From assembly GCF_006345805.1 (NCBI RefSeq), contig NC_042997.1, positions 54,126,001 through 54,190,000 on the forward strand: 64,000 nucleotides of DNA, in the 5' to 3' direction. This document shows positions 12,356-25,718 of this stretch, in pieces. The stretch comes from Octopus sinensis (lineage: Eukaryota). Under the pieces are notes generated by a model that made no database searches, was not told where the DNA came from, and saw only the letters and a list, made by a program, of their open reading frames with translations. The position numbers and the translations under genes were made by a program. Position 1 is the stretch's first letter. Each line of letters opens with the position of its first letter.

Positions 12356-12390
12356 GTTTCCGACGAAGAGCTCCGCTCGAAACGTTAAAC
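12356..12390 (+). ncRNA. Minimal type I hammerhead ribozyme candidate with variant CCGACGA core
   Basis: GTTT-CCGACGA-A-GAGC(TCC)GCTC-GAA-ACGT-T-AAAC: helix I GTTT/AAAC, helix II GAGC/GCTC, palindromic ACGT helix III as in Penelope-associated minimal HHRs. Confidence 0.7.
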
Positions 12391-12484
12391 CCTCCTTCTT
12401 CCCTTCTTTCCTGAGCATCCAATAATACTATATTTGTTCCACGTCCTCGCGTTGTTGTGTTTTTTTGTGTTTTCTTGTTTGGAT

Positions 12485-12532
<48 letters not shown>

Positions 12533-13008
12533 ATAAGATTAGCTCGTATACGAGTGGGTATATATTTGTAAAAAATGAAGTTCGAAAATGCTGCTATATT
12601 AGACAAATTTTTAATTTTTATATATACATTATAACATGTTTCGGTTCTTGAAATGATGAACCTTATCAAAAAAAGTTATATATAAAAAAAGATAGTTCAT
12701 GCTATCAAATATAAAAAATTCATTTATAATATACAATAGAGTCAGACATCAAAAGTTCATATATAGTGAAGTGAGTTCGTTCATGCTATATGTTTAAAGA
12801 GTATGATGCAGTGGTTCATAGTGGTGATATGCATTCAATATAAAAAATAGTTCAAAGTGGTGATATGCAGTCAATATAAAAAATTGATGTTCCTGAAAGA
12901 GCGAGGAATTCATTTTAGATTTTACCTTGAGTAACTGTGATGACTGTTGGTCGGTGTTCGCTGGACAGTTCTGGCGGACCTTGTGAATTGTTTGGGTTTT
13001 ATATCACC

Positions 13009-13255
13009 TGTTAGGTGGCCAGTCCAGCGTAACGTGACGTCATCAACGTTTTGACCAATCGTTTCGTTAGGTGGCTAGTCAAGCAGAACGGGACGTCATC
13101 AATATTCTGACCAATTCCAACCTATAGCTGTATTAGATCTGCCCCTTGTCTGTATCCTGTTAGGTGGCCAGTCTAGCAGAACGAGACGTCATCAACGTGT
13201 TGACCAATCAGAATCGGGTCTGACCCTTAGCTGTATCGTATGTGGCCAGTCCATC
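13009..13255. repeat. Three and a partial ~52-bp subrepeats with CRE-like and CCAAT motifs
   Basis: Unit TGTTAGGTGGCCAGTC..GACGTCATCAAC..TGACCAATC; perfect TGACGTCA at 13035-13042. Confidence 0.8.
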
Positions 13256-13399
13256 AGAGTTAGATCTGTTTGAAGAGATCTTTTTATAAATTTTTTTCCC
13301 TTTTTCCCTAAGGCATATTTCCGTCAGTGTGAGTGACTGTTTAGGGTAGCGGCCGTGGTGGAATTTTGTTTCTCCTTTTCGGAGGACCAATCTTTTGTT

Positions 13400-14142
13400 T
13401 TAATATTCCTGGCCCAGGGTGTTTAAAGTTGGTCTAAATTTTTTGATGAAATACAGTTCTTTATTTTGGCGTTGCGTGAAGGTTGCGTTGTCACTGAATT
13501 TATAAAGCGGGTAAGTTGTAAATTTCGGATTTACATTTCCAGCACATCTATCTATGTGTCCGCTGACCGGTATTTTCCGGTATTCAGGGTTTCTAATTTG
13601 TGATTTATGCACCGCCATCCTGTTACATAAGCTATTTTTTGTATGGCCTATATACTGCCTATTGCAGCCTGCGCATGTTATGACGTAAATTAAGTTTTCT
13701 GATGCGCAGGTGAAGTTTGCTCTAATGGTGAACTGGTGGCCTTGTTCTAGTATAAATTCTGAACCTTCTATCAAGATGACACAGATTCTGCAGTTGGGCC
13801 TTCCACATTTTCTAACTGCTGGTTTTGTGGTTGATGTTGAGTGCAGTTTAGCTTGGGTTAAAATCCTTTTCAAGGATTTTGGTTGTCGTTTACTTTTAAT
13901 GATGGTGTGTGTTTCGAGGATCCAGTTCATCTTTGGGTCTCCCTTTAGTAGGGCTGTGCTTTGTAGTATGGTGCTGAAGGCCTCATTGTTGAGTGGGTTG
14001 TGTGTAGAGATGTAGGGAAGGGTTTTTAATTGTTCTTTCTTTTTTGGTTTTGTTTGTCTCAGGTCTTCTATACTTAATTTGAGTGCCCTTTGGATTGCAC
14101 TGTCTATTAGGGGCTGTGGATAGTTTCTATTTGTGAGTGTGG
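13400..14142 (-). CDS. Penelope GIY-YIG endonuclease ORF (C-terminal ~247 aa, uninterrupted)
   Basis: NRNYP...LPYISTHNP...CGRPNCRIC...NLIYVITCAGCNRQYIGHT...HKSQI...GHIDRC...ELYFIKKFRPTLN; first ~37 aa of the ORF-track call are microsatellite. Confidence 0.88.
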
Positions 14143-14522
14143 TATGTATATATATATATACACATATATATACATACATATATATGCACATACATATATA
14201 TATATATACATATATACATACATACATATATATGTATGTGTGTGTGTGTAGCACTCATGATCATGTAATCATGGTTTCAACCCTAGATTGAGCTGTGCAT
14301 TGTGTTCTTGAGCAAGACATTTCATCTCATGTTGCTCTGCAATCACTTCAACAATACACTGTGCACCTGTTTGGGCAACATTGATTTGATGGAGAAAGGG
14401 AGCTAATGTACAATATTTACATCTGCTCACTATAAACAAATCATTTGCACAGGCTATTTAGCAAAAGCTGAACACTCATGTATCATCTTTGACAGGATGA
14501 TATATCATATCATCATATACCC

Positions 14523-14937
14523 TTTACTCTTTTACTTGTTTCAGTCATTTGACTGCGGCCATGCTGGAGCATCACCTTTAGTCGAGCAAATTCTTATTCT
14601 TTGTAAGCCCAGTACTTATTCTATCAGTCTCTTTTGCCAAACCGCTAAGTGACGGGGACATAAACACACCAGCATCGGTTGTCAAGCAGTGCTAGAGGGA
14701 CAAACACAGACACACAAACATATACACACACAAACATATACATACACATACACATATATATATGTATATATATACGACAGACTTCTTTCAGTTTCCATCT
14801 ACCAAATCCACTCATAAGGCATTGGTCGGCCTGAGGTTATAGCAGAAGACACCTGCCCAAGATGCTACGCAGTGGGACTGAACCTGGAACCATGTGGTTG
14901 ATTAGCAAGCTACTTACCACACAGCCACTCCTGCACC
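14523..14937 (-). mobile_element. SINE family A
   Basis: Full-length reverse complement copy. Confidence 0.9.
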
Positions 14938-15199
14938 ATATATATATTAAATTTATATCATATATATATTAAAATTTAAATAAATCTTCATATGTACTTA
15001 GTTCATTTTCAATTTTATTTATTTCTTCTATACTACTATTTGTATGGATTAGCAATGATTTATATATGTGTCTCAAGGAGGCCTGATTGTAAACAACTGT
15101 ATTTCTAATGTGGTTATACTATATGTATTACTTTGTAGTTGATATATGTGTTTGTGGCACACATCTTCAACCTTTTCTATCAAAAGGTAGGACTTACAG

Positions 15200-15565
15200 A
15201 TGACGAATTGGATGGATTCATAACTATAATATTGAGATTGGTTTCTCATAGGATTTTCTCAAACCTGTTTGGTAATTAATTTTTGAGTGTAGTATCCACA
15301 AACATTACATTATCAAACTTGGCTACTGTATCATAGACTGGCCTTAGCTATTATATTATCACCTCTAACTATGCTCTTCCAAAACAGATTACAATATAGG
15401 GTATAACTCACCTGCATCATTGCTTAATATTTTCTCAGATCTTTTCTTGGCTCCGTTATACACACTGAATGTATCTTTTTGTGTATAACCAGATAACTGC
15501 ATGCAGGAGATAAATTACGGATGGAATTTCTCCATTCTCAAAGCTGGAACTTTCATGATACATTC
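15200..15565 (-). pseudogene. Decayed Penelope-like ORF fragment
   Basis: Minus strand MQLSGYTQKD...YNGAKKR...NDAG and FDNVMFVDTT...EKIL.ETNLNIIV resemble the Penelope post-RT region; stops and frameshifts. Confidence 0.55.
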
Positions 15566-16118
15566 TTTATTATTTTTAGAAAGTATATTTGTGTAATAGT
15601 TATAAGCTAACAATCTCTCTGTGAACAGAAGTAGGCTATTATTTCTCTTATAAGGTCTAACAAAATGAGAAACTAGTCAGCTTGCTCTTCTTTTTTACCC
15701 TTAGAAAAATAAAACCTGTGATGTAAATACTTTATTTACTTTTCACAGCAACATTAGCTCTTAGGTTCTATTTAAAAAAAAGATATTGTGTGTGTGTGTG
15801 TGTGTGATTTTATTATCATCATGTTTGTTTACTAATACTGTTATGAGATGAGTGTATTGATTTCAACATTTCCTTTCCATAAAAGGACATAATGATAAGC
15901 TTTGGTGCCCATTCAGAATATTCCCACCATTAAGATTAAGACATTCCCATAAAGTTCAACAGTGTCTTTTCACAGTTACCTGATATCTTAAATCTAATTC
16001 ATATTTAATTATTTCCTTAATTGGCTCCTTGTCTTTTTTTTTTTTTTATCTCAGACACACATGCACTCATACATATAATTCTTGTATTAGAACCTAAGAA
16101 AATATCATGACAAATTTA

Positions 16119-16302
16119 TCTATATCTATATATAGTATATATATATATAATCCTTTGTTTCTCTGTCTGTCTGTTCCCAATGCATTCTCAAATGGCTCAA
16201 CCAAATCAAATAAAATTTTACATGATAATACTATCAGACCCATGGGTGTCAACATGCAATTTTTTGTCATTTGGATTACAGCAATGTAATATTGGTACTA
16301 GT
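16119..16302 (+). mobile_element. Short degenerate non-autonomous Helitron-like element
   Basis: TCTATA.. start, (TCTG)n, CAACC motif, CTAG|T end; similar layout to the element at 42490. Confidence 0.45.
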
Positions 16303-16319
16303 TCGGTATTACATGTCAA

Positions 16320-17640
16320 AATCATCATTGTTTAACATCCGTTTTCCATGCTGTCATGGGTTGGACGATTTGACTGAGGTATGGAAAGCCAGTGACTGCA
16401 CCAGGCTCCAATCTGATCTGCCAATATTTTTACAGCTGGATGCCCTTCCTAATGCCAACCACTCCAAGAGTGTAGTGAGTGCTTTTTACGTGCCACCAAC
16501 ACAGAAGCCATTCAGGGGGCACTGGTATTGGCCACATTCAGATGGTACTTTTCACATGCCATCAGCAAGGGAGCTAGTCAGGGGGCACTGGCATCAATCA
16601 TATTTGGATGGTGCATTTTAGGTGCCACCAGAATGGGAGCCAGTTAGGGGGCAATGGCCACTGCTACAATTTTAGTTTTACTTGATTTTATTTCCTACTA
16701 ATTAAAGCCTTAGTCTTTTCTAAGTTTACTTTAAGACCACTTGCTTCTAGATTTTGCTTGCATGCTTGGAAATTCTTCCCTAATTCCATTGTAGATTCAG
16801 CTATGAGAACCAGATTATCAGTATATAGGCGTCCCCATGGACAGCCAACCTTAATCTCCTTTGTGATGGACTGTAGGAGTATGGTGAATTGGAGAGAATT
16901 GAGGACTGAATCTTGTTGAACTCCAGCCTTTACAGTAAATTCATTACTGAAATCATTGTTAACTCTCACTTTACTTACTTCATGTTTCTACATAGCTTGT
17001 AAAACATTCACAAGCCATTCATCTACACCAAGTCTCTTTTGTGACCACCAAATTACTGAACATGGAACCCTATCAAAAGCTTTCTCCAAATCAACCAGTA
17101 CCAGGAATGGTGGGTTATTTGTAGTCAAATGCTTCTCATGCACTTGCTTCACAAGGAAGATTGCACATGGGGTACTTCTAGACATGAAGCCAAACTGCAT
17201 TTCGTCTAGGTCTACTCTGTCATGGATCAACCACCATGACCTTCATAACCTGATCCAGTAGTTTAATTCTTCTATGATTTCCTCTCTCTAAAATAAATCT
17301 CCCTTGCCTTTGTAGGAGTTGATGATGATATTGCTATGCTGGTTATAGGGTATGACACCTTCAAATATAACTTCACTATCTGGGTGGGGGTGCAGAGTAA
17401 CTGTGTATCCTACTCTACAAGATATTTTGAGATCTCCACAATTATCTCTGATGGACTTGATTGTTTCTCTCTTTTCATGTTCTTAATCACTATATCTACC
17501 ATAATACTATCAGCTTGAATTGTTAGTTCCTTTTTAGGTTGGCATGATGCGGCCAATCTTTATCTCATGCATTCTCTACATTCAGCATCCCCTCATAATA
17601 ACACTTTGATGCTATGAATGCACTTTTTACCAATGACATC
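16320..17640 (-). mobile_element. RTE-clade LINE fragment (RT plus 3' tail, internally deleted)
   Basis: QFGFM...VDLEKAFDRVP...GVQQDSVL...YTDNLVL...GLKVNLEKTK; tail at 16320-16460. Confidence 0.9.
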
Positions 17641-18549
17641 TCAGTTCTCTTTGATATTGTTTAGATTAATATTTTGTTGTTAACAACACTCAGATTTATT
17701 CCCCACAGATGTAATCCCTAATTGAACTAAAAACCCTTCTATTTTTTACTTTTTTTTCATTATAATTTTGAAAGTTTATTCACTCATACATACTGTATGT
17801 CCCTCAAAGCAAAATCATTTATATCATCAGGGAGCAGTACTCGACAACCAACAATCAGACGTAGTTATTCTCTAGAGTTCTATTAGTCAAATTCAACTGA
17901 GGGTACATAGATGATTATTTGTAGGGGAAAACATATTGAATACGCTGAAATAAAAACTAGCTGTATATAATTGTGTAGCACATGGAAGTGGGATTGGGTG
18001 GGGGAAAGTGGCTCCTTGAAGGGAAAATAAAGACAATACATATAGAAGAATAGACAATCCAAGTCAAGACCTCTTGACACCAAAATGAAAAGCACTAATT
18101 TACCTTGTGATCGTACTGACCATTGTCAAGGTTGGACCAAACATGAACAATATCATTTATGACATCACAAATGATAAAAGATACAAAAATGTTAATAAAT
18201 TTATTGTTGTTCCTTGTTCCACTTAATAGCACATATTCATTCAATTTCCATTATGTACTGGATTACTTATTATCTATTGAGTTTGAATCTGTAATTTTTA
18301 TTTTTTACCAGCTTATCATGAGGAATTTGGAATTTTTAAAAAATGTTTAAACAATTTAACAAAAAGACATTATATATTTCAATAAGCTATATTAATTTCA
18401 CAACAGTTTTTATGGCATGATAAAATGTAATCTATAACATTTGTGTCTGTACAGCATTTACTATTAACTGTGTTAAACCCACCTGTGTACCTCTGTTGTA
18501 TTTGTTTTGTGAAGAGAATTAAAACCAACCTTAGATTTTCTATACTTTC

Positions 18550-18597
<48 letters not shown>

Positions 18598-19614
18598 CAA
18601 ACAGTACTCAAGAATAACACAAACTCTCAAAAGTTAGACATCATATCAGTATCAAGTCACACATGAAGTAACTGCAACATGAAGTAACTGCAACATGCAG
18701 TTTGAAGTATTGTCAGTGTCTGGGAAGTGGAGTTGTTCATTCATACTCTTGTATGTCTCCATCATCATATGGGCCTATGGTACAGAGGCACAACATCTTA
18801 AGAAGAAGAACAGAGTACAAAAAGTAATTTCACTGGATAGTGACTAACAGCTACCTTGCAGTAGAGTACGTTTGAATGTGTGAACAACTATAGAGTGGTC
18901 ACATGCCCACTATTTTGATTGATAAATATCTCCATATGGTCATTGAAGGAATAAATAATAGTAAATGTGGAAGTGACATGAAGGGCAGTAATGCAAAAAT
19001 TATGAGAATATTACAGACCCTGTCTTTGTATTGCTTATAATTTGTATATATATGCACTCTACTGTTTGAAATATTCAGCATATGTACTTCTTTGTTTGAA
19101 CTGAATCTGTTTGAGATCTGTGTTAAAAATAAATGAAAAGGCACGATGTTTGAGACAATAACAATAACCATTAGCTGCTTTTAATTACTCATTGGTGGAA
19201 TTTTTCAGATTATATATCTCAATATCTTTTCCAATTTTGAAGATAATATGTCATTTCAGTTTAGATTATTTATTACTTATTCAAAGAAATCCTATTGGCA
19301 TATTAAGCTTTTGGTGTAGTTACAGGAGACATTTAAGAGGCAAACATGTGGCTTGGCTTTAACTGGTATTCTTGATGTAAATTTTTGACAGATCTATGAA
19401 ACATTATCACTTCCACCATCATCATTATCATTATATTTAGCTGCAAGCAAAATTTTGACAAGTTAGGTTGATTGTCATATCCTGTCCCTTGCTAGATTAA
19501 TGGGAGATCCTAGTGGCCCACTGGAATTTCTTTCCTTTCTTTTGTTCAATAAACCTAGTACACATTCTAAGTCCTATATTTCTTGAATGTCTTGTGTGTG
19601 TGTATATATATATA

Positions 19615-19655
<41 letters not shown>

Positions 19656-19657
19656 TT

Positions 19658-19814
19658 ATAATTATAAATAAGGGTATCTAAGAGATACCACTGTGCTTGA
19701 AATAGCAGTCAAAACCTGACTCTAAAAACCACATCAAGATGTGTTTTTTAGAGTCAGGTTTTGGCTGCTATTTCAAGCATGGTGCTATCTCTTAGATACC
19801 CTTACATATAATTT
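19658..19814. repeat. ~155-bp hairpin palindrome next to (TA)n
   Basis: TAAGGGTATCTAAGAGATA...CCTGACTCTAAAAA mirrored by TTTTTAGAGTCAGG...TATCTCTTAGATACCCTTA. Confidence 0.9.
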
Positions 19815-19920
19815 TTATAATAACCATAACCTATAAGGTTTTTCTTCCCATACTGCCACTTGATTTGATTGGTATTTAAAATAACGATCTTATCTTTATA
19901 TACATATATATATGTATATG

Positions 19921-20252
19921 AAGGCGCATGGCTCAGTGGTTAAAGCATTGAGCTTGCGATCATGAGCTTGTGAATTTGAATCCCAGACCAGGCTGCGTGT
20001 TGTGTTCTTGAGCAAAGCACTTTATTTTACGTTGCTCCAGTTCACTCAGCTGTAGAAATGAGTTGTGACATCACAGGTGCCAAGCTGTATTGGCCTTTGC
20101 CTTTCCCTTGCATAACACTGGTGGCGTGGAGAGGGGAGGCCGGTATGCATGGGTGACTGCTAGTTTTCCATAAACAACCTTGCCTGGACTTGTGCCTGGG
20201 AGGGTAACTTTCTAGGTGCAATCCCATGGTCAGTCATGACCAAAGAGGGTCT
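19921..20252 (+). mobile_element. SINE family C
   Basis: Closely similar to 11826-12150. Confidence 0.9.
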
Positions 20253-20254
20253 CA

Positions 20255-20302
<48 letters not shown>

Positions 20303-22871
20303 TATTAATATATATATTTATACTGTAAAATTAGATTTAATCCTAAATCTAATTTTTACCTGTAAGTTTGGATTTACTCCCTAATATTATTATTATATAA
20401 AATATATATAAAATAAAATTTAAAAAACATCTGTACAGAAGCAGATGACTGCCAAAATGAAATGAATTACATTTGAAGGATTTGAATGAAATGACTGGAG
20501 AGTACACAAAAAAACTAACCTACTCTGCTATACCAAAATGGAACAAATGAAACCAAAAGTTACCACAGATGCCTAGCAGAAAATATTCAATTTGTAAATG
20601 ATACATCAGAACAATCTTCAGAAGTAACAGCACTCTCCAACCACAACATGGCTGCAATGAAAACTTAATGGATGGAATAAGGACAGCATTAAGAGCAGCA
20701 AGAACATTCCTAAATATTAGGGATCAATTTAGATACTGAAATAGGTTAGCACTGAGCATTAAGTTGAAGAAATAGGTATGAGCTGGGATGAAGTTTCAAA
20801 AATAAAAAGTTTCATTCATGGAAGAGAAAATTTCTAATTGAAATTTTGTCATATTTTAAATTATGTATGATTCAAAGATTTTGTTTCATGACCTTACCTA
20901 ATATACCTAATTAGTAAACTTAGTGCAAACATCAGGTCAGCATAAGTACCAATTTTCCAAGGATGTTAAACATAAGCAAGAAGGATTTGGCACAATATGA
21001 TATTTAGTGAAAATAGTTCCTGTAATATTTTTTAATATAAAATACATTTATCAATTTGACACAAAAATAAAACCACTTATAGAAGGATATTAAAGACTGA
21101 CTGTTACTGGTATCCGGGGTTCAAGTTCTGCTAAAATTAGTGTAGCCTTTACAAAATTTGACATAACTGAAATAAGTAAAGGTATCATTTTCGAGCAGTT
21201 AACAATGTGAAGTACATCTCTTTTTGTAAAGGACATTTCACCAAGGACATGGAAATATTCAAACTTGCTACCAAAACAAGCCTTAGAGAAAAAAAATTTA
21301 AAGCATCAAAGTTTTACAGATACTTCATTCTCTTCTACAAGTAGTACCATATGTTTTGTCTAATAACAACAAGATATTTAATTATTCTATGCACTCTTGA
21401 GTTGTAATGACAGGAGCAAATAAGACAAGGTCAGAGATCTAGTAGCAAGGGTTATTTAAGAAGATTGTTCAAGTATTGGGTAGAAAGATGCAAATTGGTT
21501 GTTGTTGTTTTTGAGGAGGAGGAGGAGGAGGAGGAGGAAGAGGAGAATAATTGACAACATGAGTATACAATGACAATAATATCACTAAGAGCTTTAATTT
21601 TTGAGTAGAGGTATAATTTCAACTTAGGTGGGAACTTAAGTTTTGTGTTTACACTTGTTTTCAATCTGTTAATTAAATTTAAAAAAAAAAATATTTTCAT
21701 AGTAACCTACTATGCCATTCACGCTTTTGTTTTCTGGGGTTTTCTTTTGTTGTTTTTTTTGTTTTGTTTTTTTTCCAAAGTACATGCATACCATGAAAAT
21801 TTTTAGGGGTCTAAAGCTATATCAAAATAAAGTACTAAAACAAGCTGAACAATAAACTGAATAGAATTTGCAGGTTAGTGATACTATATTTAGAGCAGTG
21901 AGCATTAACAAAAAAACTAAGCAAAAGTAATTATGCAGTGAAGTAAAAAACAATTCAATCAGTGACTAATATTTTAATTATTCAAGCATCTATGGGAATT
22001 CAACTCCAGACACATTTTGATTTTATTAGTCCTTCTTAGTAAAACATAAATTTTACTAAACTCTTTGAAGTTGTCAGGAGAGAGTTATCACTAAGTAGCA
22101 AGAAACATTTACAAAAGCATTCAAAGTTCCGTGAATTTAATCCTTTTGATACCAGCTTGCCTGAGACTTACTCTAGTTCTAAGATACAAAATTTCTGTTT
22201 CAGAGTGATCCATCAAAATTTCTTGGTAATTTATCCTTATAAGACAGTAAAAGTTGTCAGCAGATTACTTGAACCTGTACCCCTCAGATACCAGCTGAGT
22301 ACTCTACCATTATGCTAAACAGCCAACTAACAACAATCACTATCAAATTAAACACTAAATGATAATAGCTTTTGGAATGCAACAGCATTTTATTAAACAA
22401 ATTTTTCGAAGCACTGAATTGTGTTTTGTATTTTACAGACAAGAAAGTAAATTTTGAATGTAGTATAGCTGTGAAAACAGCAGAAAAATACTTAAAATTA
22501 AGCATACACCTCTTAATTAGGACTATTGTCTATTGACAGAGCCACCCATTCTGTCTCTACTATACATTCACAATTTCTATCTCACATTGGGCATCAGCAA
22601 CAATGAATATTATTTTTATTTTGTAAACTCTCTTTTTATATCACTATATTAAATATGTTAATCTCCCAATACAGCCACAGTTATATTCTTTCCATGTAGA
22701 ATGCATCTCTTGGAAATTTTCTCTTATTAGAGGTAACACGCTCATACTGTTTCATGCCAAACCAACTCACAAATGATAAAGTGTGTGATGTGCACTTAGA
22801 CTAAGCTAAAACATGGCAGATTCAGCTTACTGAACATGTGGGTTTGATGCAAGCATTTAAGCACCTATCTT

Positions 22872-23370
22872 GCCCAGGATATCAATCGTCTGGAAGCCAT
22901 TCAGCGACGTGCAACCAAAAGAATACCCTCCATCAGGCATTTGCCATATTCTGAACGCCTTACTTCCCTGGGCATGGACACATTAGCCATCTTACAAACA
23001 ATGACTCTGAGCACCTTTTCAAGCTCCACCCGTCTAACACCCGTGGACATGTTTACAAAGTCAGAAAACAGCACAGCTCCCATGACTTTAGGAAACATTT
23101 TTTCACGCTGAGAGTTGCTGAAGCATGGAACAAACTGCCGGCATCAGTTGTTAGTTGTCGGAGCACTGCATCCTTCAAAACTTCCATGCTTTCTGAGATT
23201 CGCCAACACTACACCTGATTTTCTCCCCTCCATACACACACAAGCATGTATCTGACTCATACATTGTTCCCTTTCCAGACATTTGTACATTACTGCATAT
23301 ACTTTATATGCACTTTTGACAAGTTGTGGTGCACCTGAGCACTGTATACAATAATTTCGTTATATTATAT
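22872..23370 (+). mobile_element. CR1-group LINE 3' fragment
   Basis: DINRLEAIQRRATKRIPSIRHLPYSERL...NTRGH...RKHFFTLRVAEAWNKLP; short (TTA)-like tail. Confidence 0.88.
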
Positions 23371-25054
23371 CATAGATCAACTGAGAAAGCTACAACAAAA
23401 GGTGCAACATTACCAACACCAACTCCATCATGTTACACTTAATGCATTTATTAAGTGTTCTACAACAATAAGCTATGCAAACTACCTTATCTGTTACTGA
23501 AGTACATAGAATGATTTTCCACTTTAGTTTAACCATTTTTTTTTCTTGTACCATTAAATCACAAACAATCCCCACAACTGCTTTGACAAATGCTCTGTGA
23601 ATATGGCATTTTTATGAAAGAATTAAAAGTGGTTTCTCATTTTCCTCTTTTGGATACTTCATACACTAACCCCATCTTATCAGTAGTTAAAAACACAGAT
23701 CAGTTTGCCACATCTGCCTGGGTGTTCAGAACATGAAGAACAAGAACAAATACTGCTAATACTCTAATAATTTCTGCTATTTACCACTTCAACAATATTT
23801 CATTTAAATAAAACCAGAAGGATGAAAGGCAAAGTTGACTACAGCAGAATTTGAACTCAGAACCAAAAGAGCAAGACCAAATACCACAAAGTCTGACATT
23901 CTACTAAATTGCCACTTGATTTATGACAATGCCACTAGAATCACTATCAACAAAACCTCTTATTTTGTTTGGTGTTTAGTTTTTGTTGCGAAACATTTAC
24001 CTAAAAGATGCTACATCCTGCTTCCTTTTTATATAATCCCTCTCTATCAGATGAAAACAAGAAACCAAAGTGGTTGTGGCAGTGATAATAATGATGATAG
24101 TGGTGTTTAGTGCTACTGTTAATGCTACTACCACAAATGATGATGGTGATGATGATGGTGGTGGTGGTGGTGGTGGTGGTGGTGGTTTTGATGGTGTTGG
24201 CAACCCTATCACACATTTTTATTACTATTACTTTTTTTTTCCTAAAATTGTTCTTTCTGTCAGTGTGTATATTTATGATGTAGTTTTTATCTCTACTCTG
24301 TACCTATTTTATAGTTAGGTGCATGGACAGAATTCCCAAAAGAGAAAAAAACACTTGAACATCAGCCGTAAAACATATTGAGATGTCTTAGTCCTAATCT
24401 TAATTTTTGCTTCAAAGTGAATAAATGATAAATAAATAGAGTTTTGCCTGGAAGAAACAATAAAAAATATCAAGTTGTGTTTATCATCACAATCATCACT
24501 ATCCTCACAACTAAAACCATGATGATGATGAGGAAGAAGATGGGAAGGAAGAAAATAAATGTAATTATTTTAATGAGGAATAATAGCAGAAGGATGTAGA
24601 TGCAGACAATGATTACAATGATGAAAATAATGGTATGAGGTAAGGAGTGAAGTACCTCAAGTTGATAGTTCAAGGAATATTAAGAATTAAATTGTAGTCC
24701 AAGAGTAAATAATCTTTACTGGAGAATCATGAAAAACAATGGTTGAGGGAGAGAAATACTGACTTGTTCAAACTTTCAGCAAATTTCCGATACCAAAATG
24801 GTAATTTCCACTGTTTATCACCTCAACAATACTTCATTTAAATAACCCCACAAGGATGAAAGACAATGTTGACTGCAGCAGGATTTGAAATCAGAATTAA
24901 AAGAACCTGACCAAATACTGCAAAGCATTATGTCTGACACTCTACCAATTCTACTAATTTGTAAACTATGTAGATGTACATGATAACAAAGATGTGGCTT
25001 ATAGTGATGTGATCATAATTGTTACATGTCCATTTTAGTAAATCAACAGTTATA

Positions 25055-25235
25055 GGCATAGGAGTGGCTGTGTGGTAAGTAGCTTGTTTACCAACCACAT
25101 GGTTCCGGGTTCAGTCCCACTGCATGGCACCTTGGGCAAGTGTCTTCTACTATAGCCTCAGGTTGACCAAAGCCTTGTGAGTGGATTTGGTAGACGGAAA
25201 CTGAAAGAAGCCCGTCGTATATATGTATATATATA

Positions 25236-25290
<55 letters not shown>

Positions 25291-25497
25291 TGTGTGTATA
25301 TATTTGTGTGTCTGTGTTTGTACCCCCAACATCACTTGACAACCGATACTGGTGTGTTTACGTCACCGTAACTTCGCAGTTCGGCAAAAGAGATCAATAG
25401 AATAAGTCCTGGGGCCAATTTGCTCGACTAAAGGCGGTGCTCCAGCATGGTCACAATCAAATGCCTGAAACAAGTAAAAGAGTAAAGAGTAAAGAGT
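25055..25497 (+). mobile_element. SINE family A
   Basis: Full-length, (AAAGAGT)n tail. Confidence 0.9.
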
Positions 25498-25718
25498 TTG
25501 TTGATTATATATTGTTCAGGGTCATAATCCACTTGTCCTTATCATGGTTTTTATGTCCATCTTTTCCGGGCAACTGAGGGATTTTTCAACAGTCAAATGC
25601 CTTTCTTGTTTCTTACCTTTACTTGTTTTTTTTTTGAGAAAGGTATTTTTATTCCTAGTTAAGAAAATCTCCAAAAGAGATAAAAGCAGTAACTATATTG
25701 AGAAGTAATGTTTATTGC

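Larger units (their letters stand above)
12525..14142 (-). mobile_element. 5'-truncated Penelope-like retroelement flanked by TA-rich microsatellites
   Basis: GIY-YIG ORF followed by ~870 bp 3' region with subrepeats and an HHR-like motif. Confidence 0.85.

Noticed and set aside
15197-15720. Apparent minus-strand exons with gtaagt/gtgagt donors
   Set aside because: Stops in all frames, and the sequence is better explained as a decayed Penelope-like ORF
18104-18290. Possible minus-strand exon ending ...DNGQYDHK|gtaaat
   Set aside because: No in-frame acceptor without a stop; peptide not recognisable
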